In this document: piece after piece, positions 1-14,335 of the stretch
Layout of the letters: every line of letters starts with the position of its first letter
Position numbering within the stretch: position 1 is the first letter of the stretch
Origin: Fimicolochytrium jonesii
Lineage: Eukaryota
Assembly: GCF_025526975.1 (NCBI RefSeq)
Contig: NW_026515673.1
Location: 868,001 to 932,000 of the forward strand
DNA length: 64,000 bases
Direction: 5' to 3'
Translations under genes and position numbers: made by a program
Notes under the pieces: model-generated
What the model was told of the DNA's origin: nothing
The model's input: the letters and a program-made list of their open reading frames with translations, nothing else
Database searches by the model: none

Positions 1-1059
1 GCTCCCACCTATGAGTTGCGCACTTCCCCAGAAGTAGGGCAAAAACTGGTGGTCGTCCAGACCCCATACACCATGGCTGCCGGCCGGTTCTAGCATGTAC
101 ACGCGCTGGAGGCGGCGGACGACATCCAGATATCTGTTTCCGCCAGGGTGTAGAGCGGTACGGGCGCATAAATCAGCTTATCCGTCATCAAACCACCCCT
201 GCGCTGGCCGAGCTCCCCAGGAAGCCCAAGCGTACTTCACGAAAACCCTTGTGACGATCGCCGTGTGATCCTCCGGCGTCACCACATCCAGCAGCTCCAA
301 ACAGCACAACCAGGCCGTAAACGACAGTTCGTGCCCGCTTCCATAGTCCAGCCGCGTCCCGTGCCCAAACCCGCCTGTCAGATACGGCGTCAGCTCTTCG
401 ACGGCGGGTTGTCGGTCGGGGGGAAGGATGCTGCTTATGATTGATGCGGCGTTCTGTGGCATTATGTATGATCAGTTGTCGTGGTACCCAAACTGCACTT
501 TTATGACAATGCCCCTGAGATGTGCAATGCTTACACTTTCCAACCGATCTATCCATGTCCTGAATGCCTTGTTGCCGAACCGCTGCGGGGTCTCCAACGC
601 GGGTATCTCGTCGATCCATTTATCCAGTGTATCGAGCATGTCCACCAGCTTCCTTACTGTCTGCCAGATGACAGTGAGATGAGTCAATACGCTTGGATTC
701 TCATCCGGCCCCTTGGCCACCTATATATGTCTTCCTCCCACTCCCGACAGAAGACTACAGCACATCACCTCACTCTCGGCACACGCATCCGAATTCTTCT
801 TCTGATACGCCGCGTTATTCAACACCTGAATAAACTCCAACAACCGCACAAACGCTTCGGAGCGCAACCATATCCTCAGGGTGGTCTCGTCTATGATGCG
901 TTTGTGGGGAACTGTGTAGACGTGGGTTGTTGGGATGGTGATGTGTGCGCGGTGGTCGGTGAAGGCTGGGATGGTGACGGATGTGCCCGGCTGGACTGGG
1001 AGTCGGACAGGGGTGCCTGGGGGAGGCATGACGGGCATTAGGGAGGTTGCGTTGTGCAT
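1..1059 (-). CDS. Serine/threonine-protein phosphatase 2A activator (PTPA/RRD family), spliced, 3' end runs off the window
   Basis: Exons encode the PTPA motifs '[22 protein letters not shown]', '[22 protein letters not shown]' and '[29 protein letters not shown]'. ATG at 1059 (MHNATSLMP). Confidence 0.93.
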
Positions 1060-1300
1060 TTTGTGTCTGTCTGTGTCGGTTTGTGTTTGTGGTCTCGTTG
1101 GTGCAGAAGTCCATGGGAATGTCGCCTCCAAGATCGTTACAGAGGTTAAGGCTGCTTTTCGAGTTCGAGAGTGTTTTCGGAGTTTCGCGAACTGGAACGA
1201 TGTCGACTGGTAACCGCTCTGGTAATCGCTCGACAGACAAAGCTGCCCTCTAAGTCATTGCAATCAACCCGCTTGAAGGCTGTCGTCTGCCTCGATTGCC

Positions 1301-3882
1301 ATGGCGACGTGCTCTCGTCAAAGTGTATGCTTCATACGCACTGCGTTTCGTCGAGCCCACTGCCGAGTGTCGCCACAAGCTGCGAGTCAGCTGCGACAAT
1401 ATGCCATACAAACGAAACACCAGGCGCCGCCGGCAACGGCGGGTATCGACCGTATCCGGAATATCGGAATTATAGCGCACATTGATGCTGGGAAAACGAC
1501 GACGACGGAGCGAATGCTGTATTATGTGGGGTTCACCAAACGGATAGGAGGTGACTTTCGACGCAGGGTACTTCCTATTTGAGAAAACATACACTTATAC
1601 CCACCTGAATGTTTGTAGAGGTGGACCAGGGTTCTACTGTAACGGACTTCCTCAAACCGGAGCGCGAACGAGGAATCACAATCACCTCCGCCTGCATCCC
1701 GTTCTCATGGCAGCAACACCGCATCAATCTAATAGACACCCCCGGACACGTGGATTTCACCATCGAAGTCGAGCGAAGCATGCGGGTGCTAGATGGAGCC
1801 GTATGCGTGCTAGACGCGGTGGCAGGGGTGGAAGCGCAGACCGAGACTGTGTGGCGGCAGGCCAACCGGTACGGCGTGCCGCGGATAGCGTTCGTGAACA
1901 AGATGGATAGACTCGGTGCCAGTTTGGGGAGAACGTTTGCGTCGATGGAGAGAAGATTGACGGGATGGGGGCGCCCGCTGCTTTGTCAGTGGCCCGTTGT
2001 GCCGGACGAAGCTAGTGGGGTCAGCGGCCCTGGGTCGGGTGGGCCCGATTTCGGGGGCGTCGTGGATGTCGTGACGATGGAAGTACTGAGTTGGGACGCC
2101 GAAAAGAGCGGGAGCGTCATCACAAGGCGGAAGCTGCTGCAAGATGGCCCAGATGGCCAGCGGCTCTATCAGGAAGCCTTGAATACTCGCACAGCCCTCG
2201 TAGAAGCGCTCTCAGATCTGGACGAGAAGATTGTGGATGCGTTCATCGAATGTGATGGAGACCATATGCAGATCTCTGCCGATGACATCAACGAAGCCTT
2301 ACGGCGGGTGACAGTCAGCGGGAAGGGCGTGCCTGTGTTCTGTGGAGCGTCGTTCAAAAACATCGGAGTGCAGCCGGTGCTGGATGCTGTTGTACGCTTC
2401 CTGCCGTCTCCGTTGGAAAGGCCCGCGCCCACAGCTCTCACAGCTGATGGGAAGGAAGTGACGGTGAACCTGGCTGACAAGGAGCCCTGTGCGCTTGCAT
2501 TCAAGATCATGCATGATGCGAAACGCGGACCTTTAGTCTTCGTGAGGGTATATTCGGGTAGGATTACACCTCAGGCATTCGATTCAAATGTAGCCTGAGC
2601 TCATCCTTGCCGTCTCAACCCTCCAGGAAAATTGGAGCGAGGAATGTCAGTCATCACATCCAAAAGCAAGACCAAAGAGCGGGTCTCAAAAGTCCTGCAA
2701 ATGTACGCCGACGACTACGAAGAGATCCCCGAAGTCACACCAGGCAACATCGCCGCCCTTTCCGGTCTTAAAGAAACGAGTACAGGCGACACACTCCTCA
2801 ACGGATGGAACAAACGCGTCTTCAGTCTTGATACCATAACAATACCGCCCCCCGTGTTTGTGCGGTCATGCGAACCACAGACGTCTGCAGACGAGCGGGC
2901 ACTCAATGCCGCGTTGAAGGCGATGGTCCGTGAAGACCCGTCCTTGCATGTTACCTACGACGAGGAGACCGGCCAGACGTTGTTGAGCGGGATGGGCGAG
3001 CTGCATCTGGAGATCACGGCCGACCGATTGCAGGAAGTGCACCGGGTCAACTGCAAAATGGGCAAGGTGCTGATCAGCTACCGAGAAACCATGCTGCTGG
3101 ATCCCGCGGCGGGGGAAAGCGTTACCGAGACGTACATCCACGATAGAGCCAGCTTTGGACAGAAAGCGAAAGCGGGCGTCACGCTGCAGATCGAGCCGAT
3201 CATACCGCTGAATTCCGCAGAGGACGAGCTCATCAACACGAAGGAGGGTGCCGGCGGGAACGAAGTGCATTGCAAGCTGGGCAAATTGCAGTTCAACATC
3301 GAGGGTGCGGACGACGAAAAGAAGGGCGCTATGGCGGGGTTGACTGGGTACGGCCCCATTGGAGAGATGGAGGATGCCATTCGATCAGGGATCGACGGCG
3401 CGCTAGGACGTGGGACGCTGTTAGGGTTTCCCCTCACGAACCTCCGTGTAACATGTACGGAGGTTCATCTATTCGGACCCGAAGTGTTTGCGCCATCCGC
3501 GCTCCGGGCAGCGGCCAACCGATGCGTGCAAGCAGCGCTGAAGGCTGTAGACAACAGTCGATTGCTGGAACCCATCATGGATGTGTCCGTCCGCGTACCG
3601 GAACGCTATGTCGGCGCCATCACGAAAGACATCTCGGGTACACGGCGGGGACAGATCACATCGCTCGGCAACGACGCGGAATCGGAGGGAGAAGATTCCG
3701 CGGGGGATTATGCATATCGCACCGTGGAGGCATCGGTGCCACTGTCGCAGTTGGTGGGTTACTCCACCGCGTTGAGGGGCCTGACTGCCGGGACGGGTGA
3801 CTTTACGATGAACCTCAAGGGATACGGAGTGATGCCAAGCGATAGACAGGGGGAAACCATCAAGGAAATTAGAGGCTTTTAA
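1301..3882 (+). CDS. MEF2: Mitochondrial EF-G2 / ribosome-releasing factor 2, 3 exons
   Basis: Arg-rich mitochondrial presequence; '[24 protein letters not shown]', '[11 protein letters not shown]', '[12 protein letters not shown]', 'NKMD', '[12 protein letters not shown]', 'LLEPIM'. Introns at about 1551-1618 and 2558-2626. Confidence 0.9.
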
Positions 3883-4009
3883 CTGGCAGGTGGCCAGTGG
3901 TACGGCGTATCTGGGTATCTCCGTGGACCTATCTTCGATCTATAGTAGGCAGCTATATAGGGAGCGGGTGACTCCTACCTTGAATTACATACATTTAGAT
4001 TCACTATCC

Positions 4010-4961
4010 CTAAATCGTTTCCCCAATGAAATTGATCAATCGCTTCAGCCTTAGCTCGCCTCTATTCCAATCATGGGGCCATCGCGAGCGAGAATGCCAT
4101 TCTAGGAGTACATGGCGCTCCTCATTGTTAGAAACTTCGGTAAGTCGCACTGCTATGTCGTCAATGAAACCCCAGAACGTAGACATTTTCTCTGATGCAG
4201 CGAGAAATGAGGGGTCAACGAAAGGCCATCGGCGGGGATTGGCAACAAACATATTATGCAGCCCACTTTCCGCTCTTACCAACATGCCAATACACGGAAT
4301 CGCCACTCGTCGTCACCTTGACGACCCGGCAGGAATCATCCTTATCCCAATACAGCTGCACAAGCTTTTTCACGCGTTCCAGAGGATTCATAACCTGCGA
4401 TCCAAGTCAGTCAGCATCCCATTGTGCAATCCTATCTATGATCGCTATTGCGCGTCTCCCATACCTTAATACCGGGAGGCATCACCTTGACCCCCGGCGG
4501 CATCGTCGGAGCCCTCAACCGCCCATCCTTCGCCGCCCGATACACATGCTGTCTCGAAACGCGGCCCAACCGCTCCTCGTCGTCCAAGGACGGGAACGCG
4601 GGCCATTTCATCTCCATCGATGTGTTTCGTGCATCGATCCAGAGCATGGCGAAGAGATATGGGATTAGGATACATTGCGCGATGAAGAGACACTGGCGAC
4701 GGAGTCCGGCTAGATGACGGAAGCGTAACTATTGAGTCTCGGGTTACTTCCGCCGTTCAGACCGCCGCTTCGTCCTTACATATTGTGGTATAGTCGAGCC
4801 CGCACTGGGCGCATAGGGCCGCGGTGGCGGCGGCGACACCCATCATATGGCCTCTTCGGAAGTTCTGGAAGAACGCCAGGATGATGCCCCATATTATGTA
4901 GCCCTGAGATGAGACGTCAGCACTCGAAGTCCTTGCTGCCGTTGGCGTGATCTCTTACCAT
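4010..4961 (-). CDS. Membrane protein with C-terminal DUF1499-like domain (5-exon model, start uncertain)
   Basis: GT-AG splicing joins in frame MGYIIWGIILAFF...CLFIAQCILIPYLFAMLW...VYWHVEKMSTFWGFIDDIAVRL...LEWHSRSRWPHDWNRGELRLKRLINFIGETI*. The 'S-x-x-W-G-F-I-D-D ... S-R-S-R-x-x-x-D' pattern resembles DUF1499. Confidence 0.6.
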
Positions 4962-5085
4962 CTCGGCGGGTGAGCGCGTGAACAGCGGCACTGTATAGGT
5001 CCGTCTGGAAGCGGCCTCTCGCTTGTCAGCCGTTCGAGTTGTTCAACAGAGGATGCTGAAGACGAAAACTCTATATGCACGCTAT

Positions 5086-5118
5086 GTACAGTACAGTACA
5101 GTACAGTACAGGACAGTA
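5086..5118. repeat. (GTACA)n microsatellite
   Basis: Five perfect GTACA copies at 5086-5110 followed by degenerate GGACAGTA, in the divergent intergenic region. Confidence 0.9.
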
Positions 5119-5406
5119 TCCACCAGGTCGCCAACGCTACCAAGTTGCGTTTCGCCCAGCGACACGTCTGTCTTGACTCTTCACAAGTCCCACTGGGTGG
5201 CACAGTCACGCACGCGCTGCGCAGAGCTCGTGGAAACATGGCGTTCGAACTCATCCAGTGTGAATTGCAGTCGAGTGAATTCGGGCAAGCGCTGGCACTT
5301 TCCACCTCGACAGTGATTCGAAGGCGGACGAAGAGAACGAATAGGACAGGCTGCCGTAACTTGTTCTGTCGACAGACCCGCTCCCTTAGCGTCAAGATTG
5401 CCCAAG

Positions 5407-6924
5407 ATGGCTTCGATAAAGGTGTGCTACTGAACCGTTCTCAAATTGCCCACCTCAACTGACCAAGTCTTCCTACAGAACTTCAACCCCCGCTCAATAC
5501 CAATAGCTACCCGCTCCCTCCTCGGAGCAGCGATAGTCCTATCCCTAGCCGGTCTAGTTGTCCCGCACGAATACCTTGCACTCCGACCGGCAACGTCGTT
5601 CTACTACATTTGGACATTCGCGCTAGCGGGGTTATGGGAGATCAATATTTTTTCGGTATGAGGGCACCTTGAGGGTAGTACATCATGAGTGAAGACTAGG
5701 GCGGGAGCTCCTTGGGGAGCTTTGCAGCTGCTGGAGGCTAATCCCGCGTTTCATTCGATACTCGCCAGCTGGCGATAAACAGCGTGGGACTGGTGCTGTC
5801 GGGGAAGTACTTTGAATCACATTGGGGCACGAAGTACGTTTAGATGGCGATGACGTGTGGATGAAGAAGGCATAGTCGATATGATCACTGTGGCTAATCC
5901 GACCATGGCCGCCTGTAGAGAGTTCGCAAAGTATGTCGCGATCGTAAATCTGTCGACGTACTTCGGGGTCCTGCTTGCCACGGTCTTTGAATACGCGGTC
6001 ACGATGGACTACTTCTGGCTGTGAGTAGAATGAAGGCGCATACGAGTGGATGTGGAAGTGGAACTCGTCATCTGACTACGACTGCCCTCCAGATTTGGCT
6101 CGGAAGCCAGCGGGTTAGCGGGCCTGCTGGCCGGCTTTCTCGTCTCCTTCAAGCAGGTATGTCGGTCTTCCAGCCAACACCGCTTGTGCCGTAACTGATC
6201 AACGAAAACCGTAAAGGCAGTCCCCGAGCATTCCATCAAAGTGTTCAACGTCATCTCGATACGTGCCAAGGTATGAGATTATCCGCGTTAGGATGGATAG
6301 CCCTTTTACGCCATGGCTCAACCTTTGCAATACATCCTACAGTACATCCCATCGCTATACCTCCTCGCCAACTTCATCCTTTTCGCCTTGCGGATCATCC
6401 ACGTTCATTTCTTCATAATCTTCTTCGGGACCCTGGGATCGTGGGTGTATACACGGTTCTACAAGAAGCAGGACGGCATCAAGGGAGATCGGAGCGAAAC
6501 GTTCTCATTCGCGAGCTTCTTTCCGGACTTCTTACAGTGAGTGCCGTCGAAGTTTGCCGTCTATCCCAGATGAACTGGCATGTGAACTCATGACCCCATT
6601 CTGTTTTTCCACACAGTCCTTTCATCAAACCCCTCTCAAATACGGTGTACAAGTTCGCCGTCGCAGCAAAACTATGTCCGCCATTGCGGCAGCCGCTTCC
6701 CACGACGACACCGGTTGCGGCGGCGGGGAGTCAACAGGCTGCAAGCAACCCGCCAGCGGCGTCGGACGCTGATGCTGAGCGGAGGAGGTCAGTTGCCGAA
6801 CGCGGCGAACGGGGACCCCGAGCGCATTTCATTGACGTTGCATCTTCTATGATATAGGGCGTTGGCGTTGAAAGCGCTGGACTCACGGCTGGCGAGCACC
6901 CCTGATGCGCCTGGGGCTCGATAG
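5407..6924 (+). CDS. TMEM115 / DUF1751 Golgi membrane protein, multi-exon
   Basis: 'SWVYTRFYKKQDGIKGDRSETFSFASFFPDFLQ' and C-terminal 'DAERRRALALKALDSRLA' are typical of TMEM115. Several hydrophobic exons. Confidence 0.88.
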
Positions 6925-7174
6925 GAACGCGAGAGCAGGTTTCGTATTGCGGGATTACTGATGGTAGTGAGCGTGGTTGGGATTGGAAGTGGGGGGAGAA
7001 TCGGCCGCCCCCGCGCGGGGTGATGACTATCGTCCGTCGTTTCACTCGCCGTTAGAAACTCTCCAGCGTTTAGATTACCCCCAATCTTAAAAACAGTAAG
7101 ATAGTCATGACCCACACCGTCACCCCTGCATGTGTATAGTACGAAAGCTCTTCTGTAGATACAGCCGCCATTGT

Positions 7175-10100
7175 TTATTGCCGCGAAGCACAATAAGCAT
7201 GTACAATAACACCATCCGGAAATCTCGTAAACACACTATTCGCGATACGTTTCAGACATATCGAGCACATCCGTTCGTCGGTGACGGGGATCCGCACCGA
7301 CGTGTGGTGCGATAATCGCGATTTGAACTGTCGGGTTCAAATTGTCAGTCGGCAATGAGCTGGTTATATGGGGCAAATGTGGGGAAGATGGGATTTGTTC
7401 CCTCACCTGTATACACTCAGCCTTCAGTAAATTCTTGACAACCTCATTCGTATTCCGCGTCCGATGCGTATCGTGCATGTTACGTTCGAAGTAGCCGAGG
7501 AGGTCAGTTAGGGGGATGGTTTGGGGTAATATCGCCATTGCCCGAATCGCATCGATGCTAGCGCCGTAGATGGTCATAAACGACAATATCTCCGGCAACG
7601 GGAACTCGTTCTTGGAGAGGAGGGAGAGGTACAATTGGAGAAGGAGGAGGAACACGTCGCGGGACTGGGGGTCGGAGGGGTCGTAGTGTTTCTCGCAGTA
7701 CCTAGAAAACGCCCGTGAAACAGTGAGGACTGCACGGCAAACAGTGCGAGCGACATTTCCCAGGCACTCACAGATTAGCCATACGGTAATTCCGCACTTT
7801 CTCGATGTAGATGCGTAACGCTTCCTCGTGACGTTTGAGACGGCTGAGGACTATGGCTTTTTCCTCGTACAGTGCTATTGGGATGCAGGAGTAAGGTCAG
7901 CGAATTGCATAAGAAGGCGTGTGATTGGCTTGGGCAACATTACCATCAGCAGGTAAGGCGTCTAATATCTTCTCGGGCCGATAGGTGGTCGATGTTTCCA
8001 ACATCTTTGTGAGTTTACGTCGGATGTCCCAGAAGGATTTACCGGAGCCTTCTTCTGCCCACACAGAACAGGCCATCGTTAGAAAACATAAGCCAACCGA
8101 GGCAACCGGAGTGTGGCAAAGACCTATACCTGCTCCATCCCGACTCGGCACCATCGGCCCCGCCAGCCCCGTCCTCGCCCCCAACTCCCTCCTCAATCGG
8201 GAAAGATATATCAACAGCAACGACTCCTGAATCCCCGCATCCACTTCCTTCGTCTCATGCACCAAATACTCCAAATACCCCATTGCAAAGTCCTCATCCA
8301 CATCCAGCAAAAACGCTGCAATGCGTTTCTTGGTGTCCAAGCTGAGCTCGTCATAATGCTCGGTGAAGATCTTCATCCCTTCTTTACGGTCTTTGCTGAG
8401 GATCCACGCCGCGTACTCCAGGATGAGGTCCAGGTTGGATTCCATGTTCAGGGCGTGGAGGTACTGCACCATCTTCTCTGTTTCCGCAGCGGTGGCTTCG
8501 GGCGAGGTGGCTTTCGTTTTGAGAAACTCGAGCGCTTTCCTGTGGAGGCCCTTTGTGCGGTACAGCGAAATCAGCTCGTCGAATTTCTCGCGGTGGAGGA
8601 GGAGGGACTCGCTTTCGGAGACGTTGCAGTGGTTGGTGACGCGCAGAAGGGGGCCGACGAGGGCTTCGTTTACTTGGAGGTAGACTTTTAGGAGGGTAGT
8701 ATCGACCACTTCGGAGAGGTAGACCGTGTCGGCGATATTGGTTGTCGCGGCTTGGCTTGCTGAGCCCATGACACTTTTCGCGTAGGCTTCCTGTTGCTGC
8801 CGAAGCCGCGAGAGAACCCCGCGCTGTTCAGTCAGGTACGTCAATAGTAACATGATGGCGTTCCTATCTGAGTACAGGAGCCGAAAAGGTAAGTCCCAGC
8901 GTGCGGTTGTGGGAGTCCCTGGCCCACGGGTGGCGCACCTGATGGCTGGACTGGCTCGCTAGATGCATCTGGATCGGGGGGAGCGAATTCGGGAAAGAGA
9001 TTGATGACATCCAGTGGGGACGCGTTTAGCTCCTGCAGTATGGACAGGCCTTCCTGATACTTGTGTTCGGCTCTGAACAAGTGGTGGGCGTACATCCCGC
9101 GTATGCGGATGACGTTCGCGATCTAAGTGTGTGGAGTTGAGCAAAGAGCCTCTGAGGACGCAAAATCCCGTTTCCACCGTCTAACCTTATCTTGTTCCGT
9201 CGGAAACGCAAGCTCTTCCACCAGGGATTGTGCATCTGCGTACTCATCGTTCCCGAGGAGCTGTTCTATCTTCACCGTGCATCAGTTATATGCCCCAATG
9301 AATGTCAGAACTAGTGAGTTTCTCACTTGATCTTCAAAATCGACCGGTAGTAGTCTCCATATCGACGTGGGGCTAGCAGCCAAAATGGAATGTCCAAACA
9401 CCACAGTATTTACACCAGGTAGTGGTAGAGTCTGCACTACGACGTTACGCTGCAAGGCCCGCACTTCCACGTGACGGGGGAGGAGCGCAACGACGAACGG
9501 TGGCCATGGCGCTGCAAAGCCAACGATGGTGAGATGTTGAACCCCCCCGACATGTGCTACATAGCTATTACCCACGACGTATGGCGGAGCGCTCCATCCA
9601 ATCTCCACATCATGGACCACAGTCCCGTTTTCTTGCACCACAATGGTCGTCTCTAGCAGAAAGTCGTCAGCGTCCGATCCCCTTCGTTCGGATCAACACA
9701 TGTTGCGGCCTACCATCTTTCGTCACCAGCAGCCTATCTTCGGATAGGACATCGACGAGAACCGCCGCCTGCTTCATCGGCGCGAAACTGCCTATTGCTC
9801 CTGCTATCGATGTCCGGAACGAATGCACATCGGTGATGGTGCCTGTTGAAATGTCCACGCGCGACACAGATCGTGTGTAGCCGAGGAATAAAACATCGGG
9901 TGAATGGCTCCAGGTGATCGATCTGGTCCTGTCTGGCAAGGCCAGCTCCTTCTCTGATTTGGCATCTCGACCATCAAAGGTCCAGATCCACAGCCTGTTC
10001 TTCGATGTGACAGCAAACTGCGAGGAGGTAGTGGTCTCCGCGTCGTTTTCCGCAGGTTTCGGTGACCCTATACAAAGCGCCCCTTTGATCGAATCCAGGC

Positions 10101-10433
10101 TTACGATCAGCTCCAAAGTGCTTATCCTGTGGATTCGAACGGCCCCCGCTGAAAGAACGGCCACGGAATCGGTGCCATTCAAGATGCAGATGGCATCCAC
10201 AGGCTTCGAAGTCGACCCCACGCGTGTTTCGACCAAGTTTATCGTAAAACTTGGCTCTTCCTCTACGTTGTACAGCAAAAGAGACCCGTTGTCCGCCCCC
10301 ACCACGATATGGTTCTCTGTAGCTTAGAGCGTTAGTTTAGCTGTTCCAGACTGGTCTGTTTGACAGGTGGTTGACTATACCATACGAGTCGACACATGTG
10401 ATCTTCAACGGTAACTTTTCTACAATTGGTTGT
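7175..10433 (-). CDS. VPS39: Vam6/Vps39 HOPS subunit (CNH, Vps39_1 and Vps39_2 domains), multi-exon
   Basis: N-terminus MHNVFHAQPIVEKLPLKITCVDSY; 'VDTTLLKVYL...LVGPLLRVTNHC...LISLYRTKGLHRKALEFL'; C-terminal zinc finger 'MCSICLKRIANSVFTRFPDGVIVHAYC'. Confidence 0.92.
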
Positions 10434-10813
10434 GCATGAAAGACGTTGTGCATGCCGATGCTTTTCCGCCCCTGGTTTCAGTGCTATTACAACCTTTGCC
10501 TCTGTGGTCCTTTGCGCTGTCCATGTGTGTACAGGTTTACTGGACGTGCTACTCTGCGTGCTACTGCTGGAGCAAGCTACTAGTAATTCGCTCATGCACG
10601 ACATTGTAGGGTAGGGTGCGCGGGGCGTGTGTCATTCGGCTGTTTCCACATGAGTCACGGTGTCATATGAGTTGGGAGCCACGCACCCGCACATGCACGC
10701 ACCGCGTCCTTCAGATATAAGGAGCGTCAAGCCGCATCTCGGAAGTCACAAAAGCCAATAGAGATCACGGCCAATTCTCAGACGGCATTGAACAACCGTT
10801 ATCCACAGCAACA

Positions 10814-12432
10814 ATGGGCGAACCAGCCGCAGACGGTCCCGTGCAGGCCACCTCGTCACCAGCAACACTAACATCCGCTCCCGTCGAAGTCCCCGCAGAA
10901 AGCGCCTCCGGCCCGACCGACAGCAACCAGGAGCAGGTCGTCACTCCCTGGGATGTACAAGGAGCACAGGTAGACGGCAAGGCCGTCGCTATCGACTACA
11001 ATAAGCTGGTCGAGCAGTTCGGGACGAGAAGGATAGATCAGGCGCTGCTGGATAGGTTGGAGAAGCTGACGGGGACGAGGCCGCATCCGTTTTTGAGGAG
11101 AGGGTTGTTCTTTTCGCACAGGTGAGGAGGTTTGAGGCAATGGGAAGCACTGAGGGACCTTTAGAGGGCGTACGGGATCGACCGGGGTCCACGGGGCCCG
11201 GCCAGGTGGACGCACGGCTGATGTGTCTGGGGGGAATGTGCTCTGGTGATGCGACAAGTTCTGACACGATGACTTGTAGAGACCTGACACAACTACTGGA
11301 CCGATACGAGAAAGGAAAGCCATTCTACCTCTACACCGGCCGTGGACCTAGCAGCGGGAGCATGCACGTCGGCCACATGGTTCCTTTCATCTTCTGCAAA
11401 TGGTTGCAAGACGTCTTCCAATGTCCGCTAGTCATCCAACTCACCGACGACGAAAAGTTCCTGTTCAAGCAAGAACTGACTATGGCTGACGCATTGAAGT
11501 ACTCAAAAGAGAACGCCAAGGACATCATGGCGTTCGGGTTCGACCCGGAGAAGACCCTGATCTTCTCCAATCTCGGGTACATGAACCCCGCGTTCTACCA
11601 GAACGTGGTACGGATCTCGAAATGCATCACCACCAATGCATCCAAGGCCACGTTCGGGTTTGGTGACAGCGACAATGTTGGCAAACTGCACTTCGTGTCT
11701 GTGCAAGCCGCGCCGTCCTTCTCGAACTCGTTCCCGCAGATCTTTGGCGGGAAATCAGATGTGCCATGCTTGATTCCGTGCGCGATTGACCAGGATCCTT
11801 ACTTCCGACTTACCCGCGATGTCGCTGCCAAGCTGAAGTACCCCAAACCAGCGCTGCTACACGCCATGTTCTTCCCGGCCCTGCAGGTAAGAATCCCCGG
11901 TCGAAAGACTTCCTTTCTTTATTCCCACTTCTAACCCACGCCACTCCCCAACTCACAGGGCCCCTCCTCCAAAATGTCCGCCTCCAACGCCTCCTCCGCC
12001 ATCTACCTTACCGACACCCCCTCCCAAATCAAAAACAAAATCAACAAATACGCCTTCTCCGGCGGCCGCGACACCCTCGAGGAGCACCGCAAGTACGGCG
12101 GTAACTGCGACGTCGACGTGTGCTTCCAGTACCTCCGCTTCTTCCTCGACGACGACGATAAGCTTGAGGAGGTTCGCCAGAAGTATACCAGTGGCGAGAT
12201 GATGACGGGGGAGCTGAAGAAATTTTGTATTGAGGTTGTTACGGGGTTGGTGGGGGAGATGCAGGCGGTATGTAAAGCGTGTTTTCGCCTTGGCTACCTT
12301 AATTGTTGGGCTCATGGGTGTCATTTTTTTTTGCAGAGACGGAAGACCCTCACGCAGGAGACGATCGACAAGTTCCTCGACATTGGTCCACGGAACATCG
12401 TCACCCCGCCCGCGAAGAAGCCTGTCGCTTAG
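10814..12432 (+). CDS. WRS1: Cytoplasmic tryptophanyl-tRNA synthetase, 4 exons
   Basis: 'VTPWDV', '[17 protein letters not shown]' (HIGH motif), 'AIDQDPYFR', 'KMSAS' (KMSKS motif). Confidence 0.96.
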
Positions 12433-12741
12433 CGACGTCACGGCAATTTGACTTTATCTCGCTTGTATGTTCAGTTTATATTCATCGAGTTGACGTACGC
12501 GCAGCAGCAGCCTGCCAGTTAACTATAATGTCCGCCCCGAATCCACCAGCGAATGAGTTGTATTTCAGCCGCGTTCAGTTGATAATAGCTGATGACGACA
12601 GATTCTGCATTTTGTAGATAGACTACATGTAATTAAAGATTCAAACTTAGATGTGCTTCAAGGACTAGCCAAAGAAAGTGCTCTTTGCTTCTCTACGTAG
12701 CTACAGATACTCCAACTCAAGAAGTCCGTTGTCGACCCGAT

Positions 12742-14335
12742 TTACGCACGCTCCAAAATGAGCGCAATACCCTGCCCACCCCCAATACACGCCGTCCCCA
12801 AAGCATATCGCTTCTTCGTACGTTGCAGCTCATGCGCCAAATGCGCAGTGATCCTCGCCCCACTCGCTCCGAGCGGGTGTCCAATGGCAATGGCCCCACC
12901 AGCCAAGTTGACCTTCGACATATCCCATCCAAGCTCGCGGGACACGGCAATCGCCTGCGTGGCAAACGCCTCATTCAATTCAATGATATCCATGTCGTTC
13001 AGTGTCAAACCGGCCTTCTTCAACGCGCCTTTGACGGCGGGGACGGGCCCGATACCCATGATCTTAGGGTCGACGCCGGAGTAGTGCCAGCTGACGAGAC
13101 GAGCGAGGGGTTTGAGGTTTTGGGATTTGACGGCGGATTCGCTGGCGACGACGAGGGAGGCGGCGCCGTCGCAAATCCCGGACGCGTTTCTGTGAGTGAT
13201 GGGAGCGTGTGAGCTTGTCGGACCTAACTAAAATGGATGTCTGAATGAGTGCATCTTTCTTACCCAGCGGTGACCGTCCCTGTCTGCTTGATGAACACGG
13301 ATTGCAGCTTTGCGAGCGTCTCGAGAGTTGTTGATCCTCGTGGATGCTCGTCGGCAGTGAACGATTCCGTGCCTTTCCGCGTCTTGATCTCCACGGGAGC
13401 GATTTCTGCGTTGAAGATACCGGCAGCGTGTGCTGGAAAAGGGATTTGGGCGTCAGTAAGCATCATAAGAGGACCATGGACAACCGTTTCATCAACCCAC
13501 CTTTCGCGTAGTTCTGTTGTGATCTCAACGCAAACTCATCAGCCTCTTTCCTCGTGATGCCATATTGTTTCGCAAGATTCTCAGCAGTGATCCCCATCGG
13601 CGTCTTCTCGGGGAAAGTGTCCGTGAGAGCATGGGCGAGGGTATCCTCAAGCTTCTGGTCGACACCGTATTTCGTTCCGAAGCGTGCATTCCGCAAGGCA
13701 TACGGCGCCTGGGTCATGCTCTCTGTCCCGCCGGTGAGTACGATTTCGGCTTCACCTAGAATGATCTCTTGAGCGCCGTTGATGACGGATTGGAACCCGG
13801 ACCCGCAGAGGCGGTTGATGGTCAACGCGGGCGACTCGATGGGGACGTTGGCGCGGTGACCGACGTGGCGGGCGAGGTATGCGGCATCTGGCAGAGGAAT
13901 GCGTGTCAGCCAGAACCCCACGTTTGACCACCGAAGTAAAGTATGACCCCGCCAACCTACCTGCAGAGGTTTGCAGCACGTTCCCGTAGATAACAGAGTC
14001 TACCTTCGTCCCGCTTGGCAATTCCTTCAATGCAGCCACGGACGCGAGGCCTCCAAGCTCAGTTGCCGAGAAGTTGGTAAGCTTTCCGCCAAAGGCACCG
14101 AAGGGCTATGCAAGGGAAGAAAGCAACAATGAGTTAACCTCCTGAAATGGGACTCCTGCCTCCCGCCGAAAGAAAGGATGCTGGACATACCGTGCGCTTG
14201 GCTGCGACTGTGGTGCGCAGATAACAAAGGGAGATGCGAAGACGATGAGAACAGACTCCTGAAACATAGATGGGCGGAATGGTGTCGAGGCGACTTACCG
14301 ATGTAGACGTTCTTTGCAAGGTGTTTGGACGCCAT
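12742..14335 (-). CDS. 3-ketoacyl-CoA thiolase (ACAA2-like), multi-exon
   Basis: 'TINRLCGSGFQS' (catalytic Cys), 'ELNEAFA', 'GHPLGASGARI', 'CIGGGQGIA'. ATG at 14335 (MASKHLAKNVYI). Confidence 0.94.
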
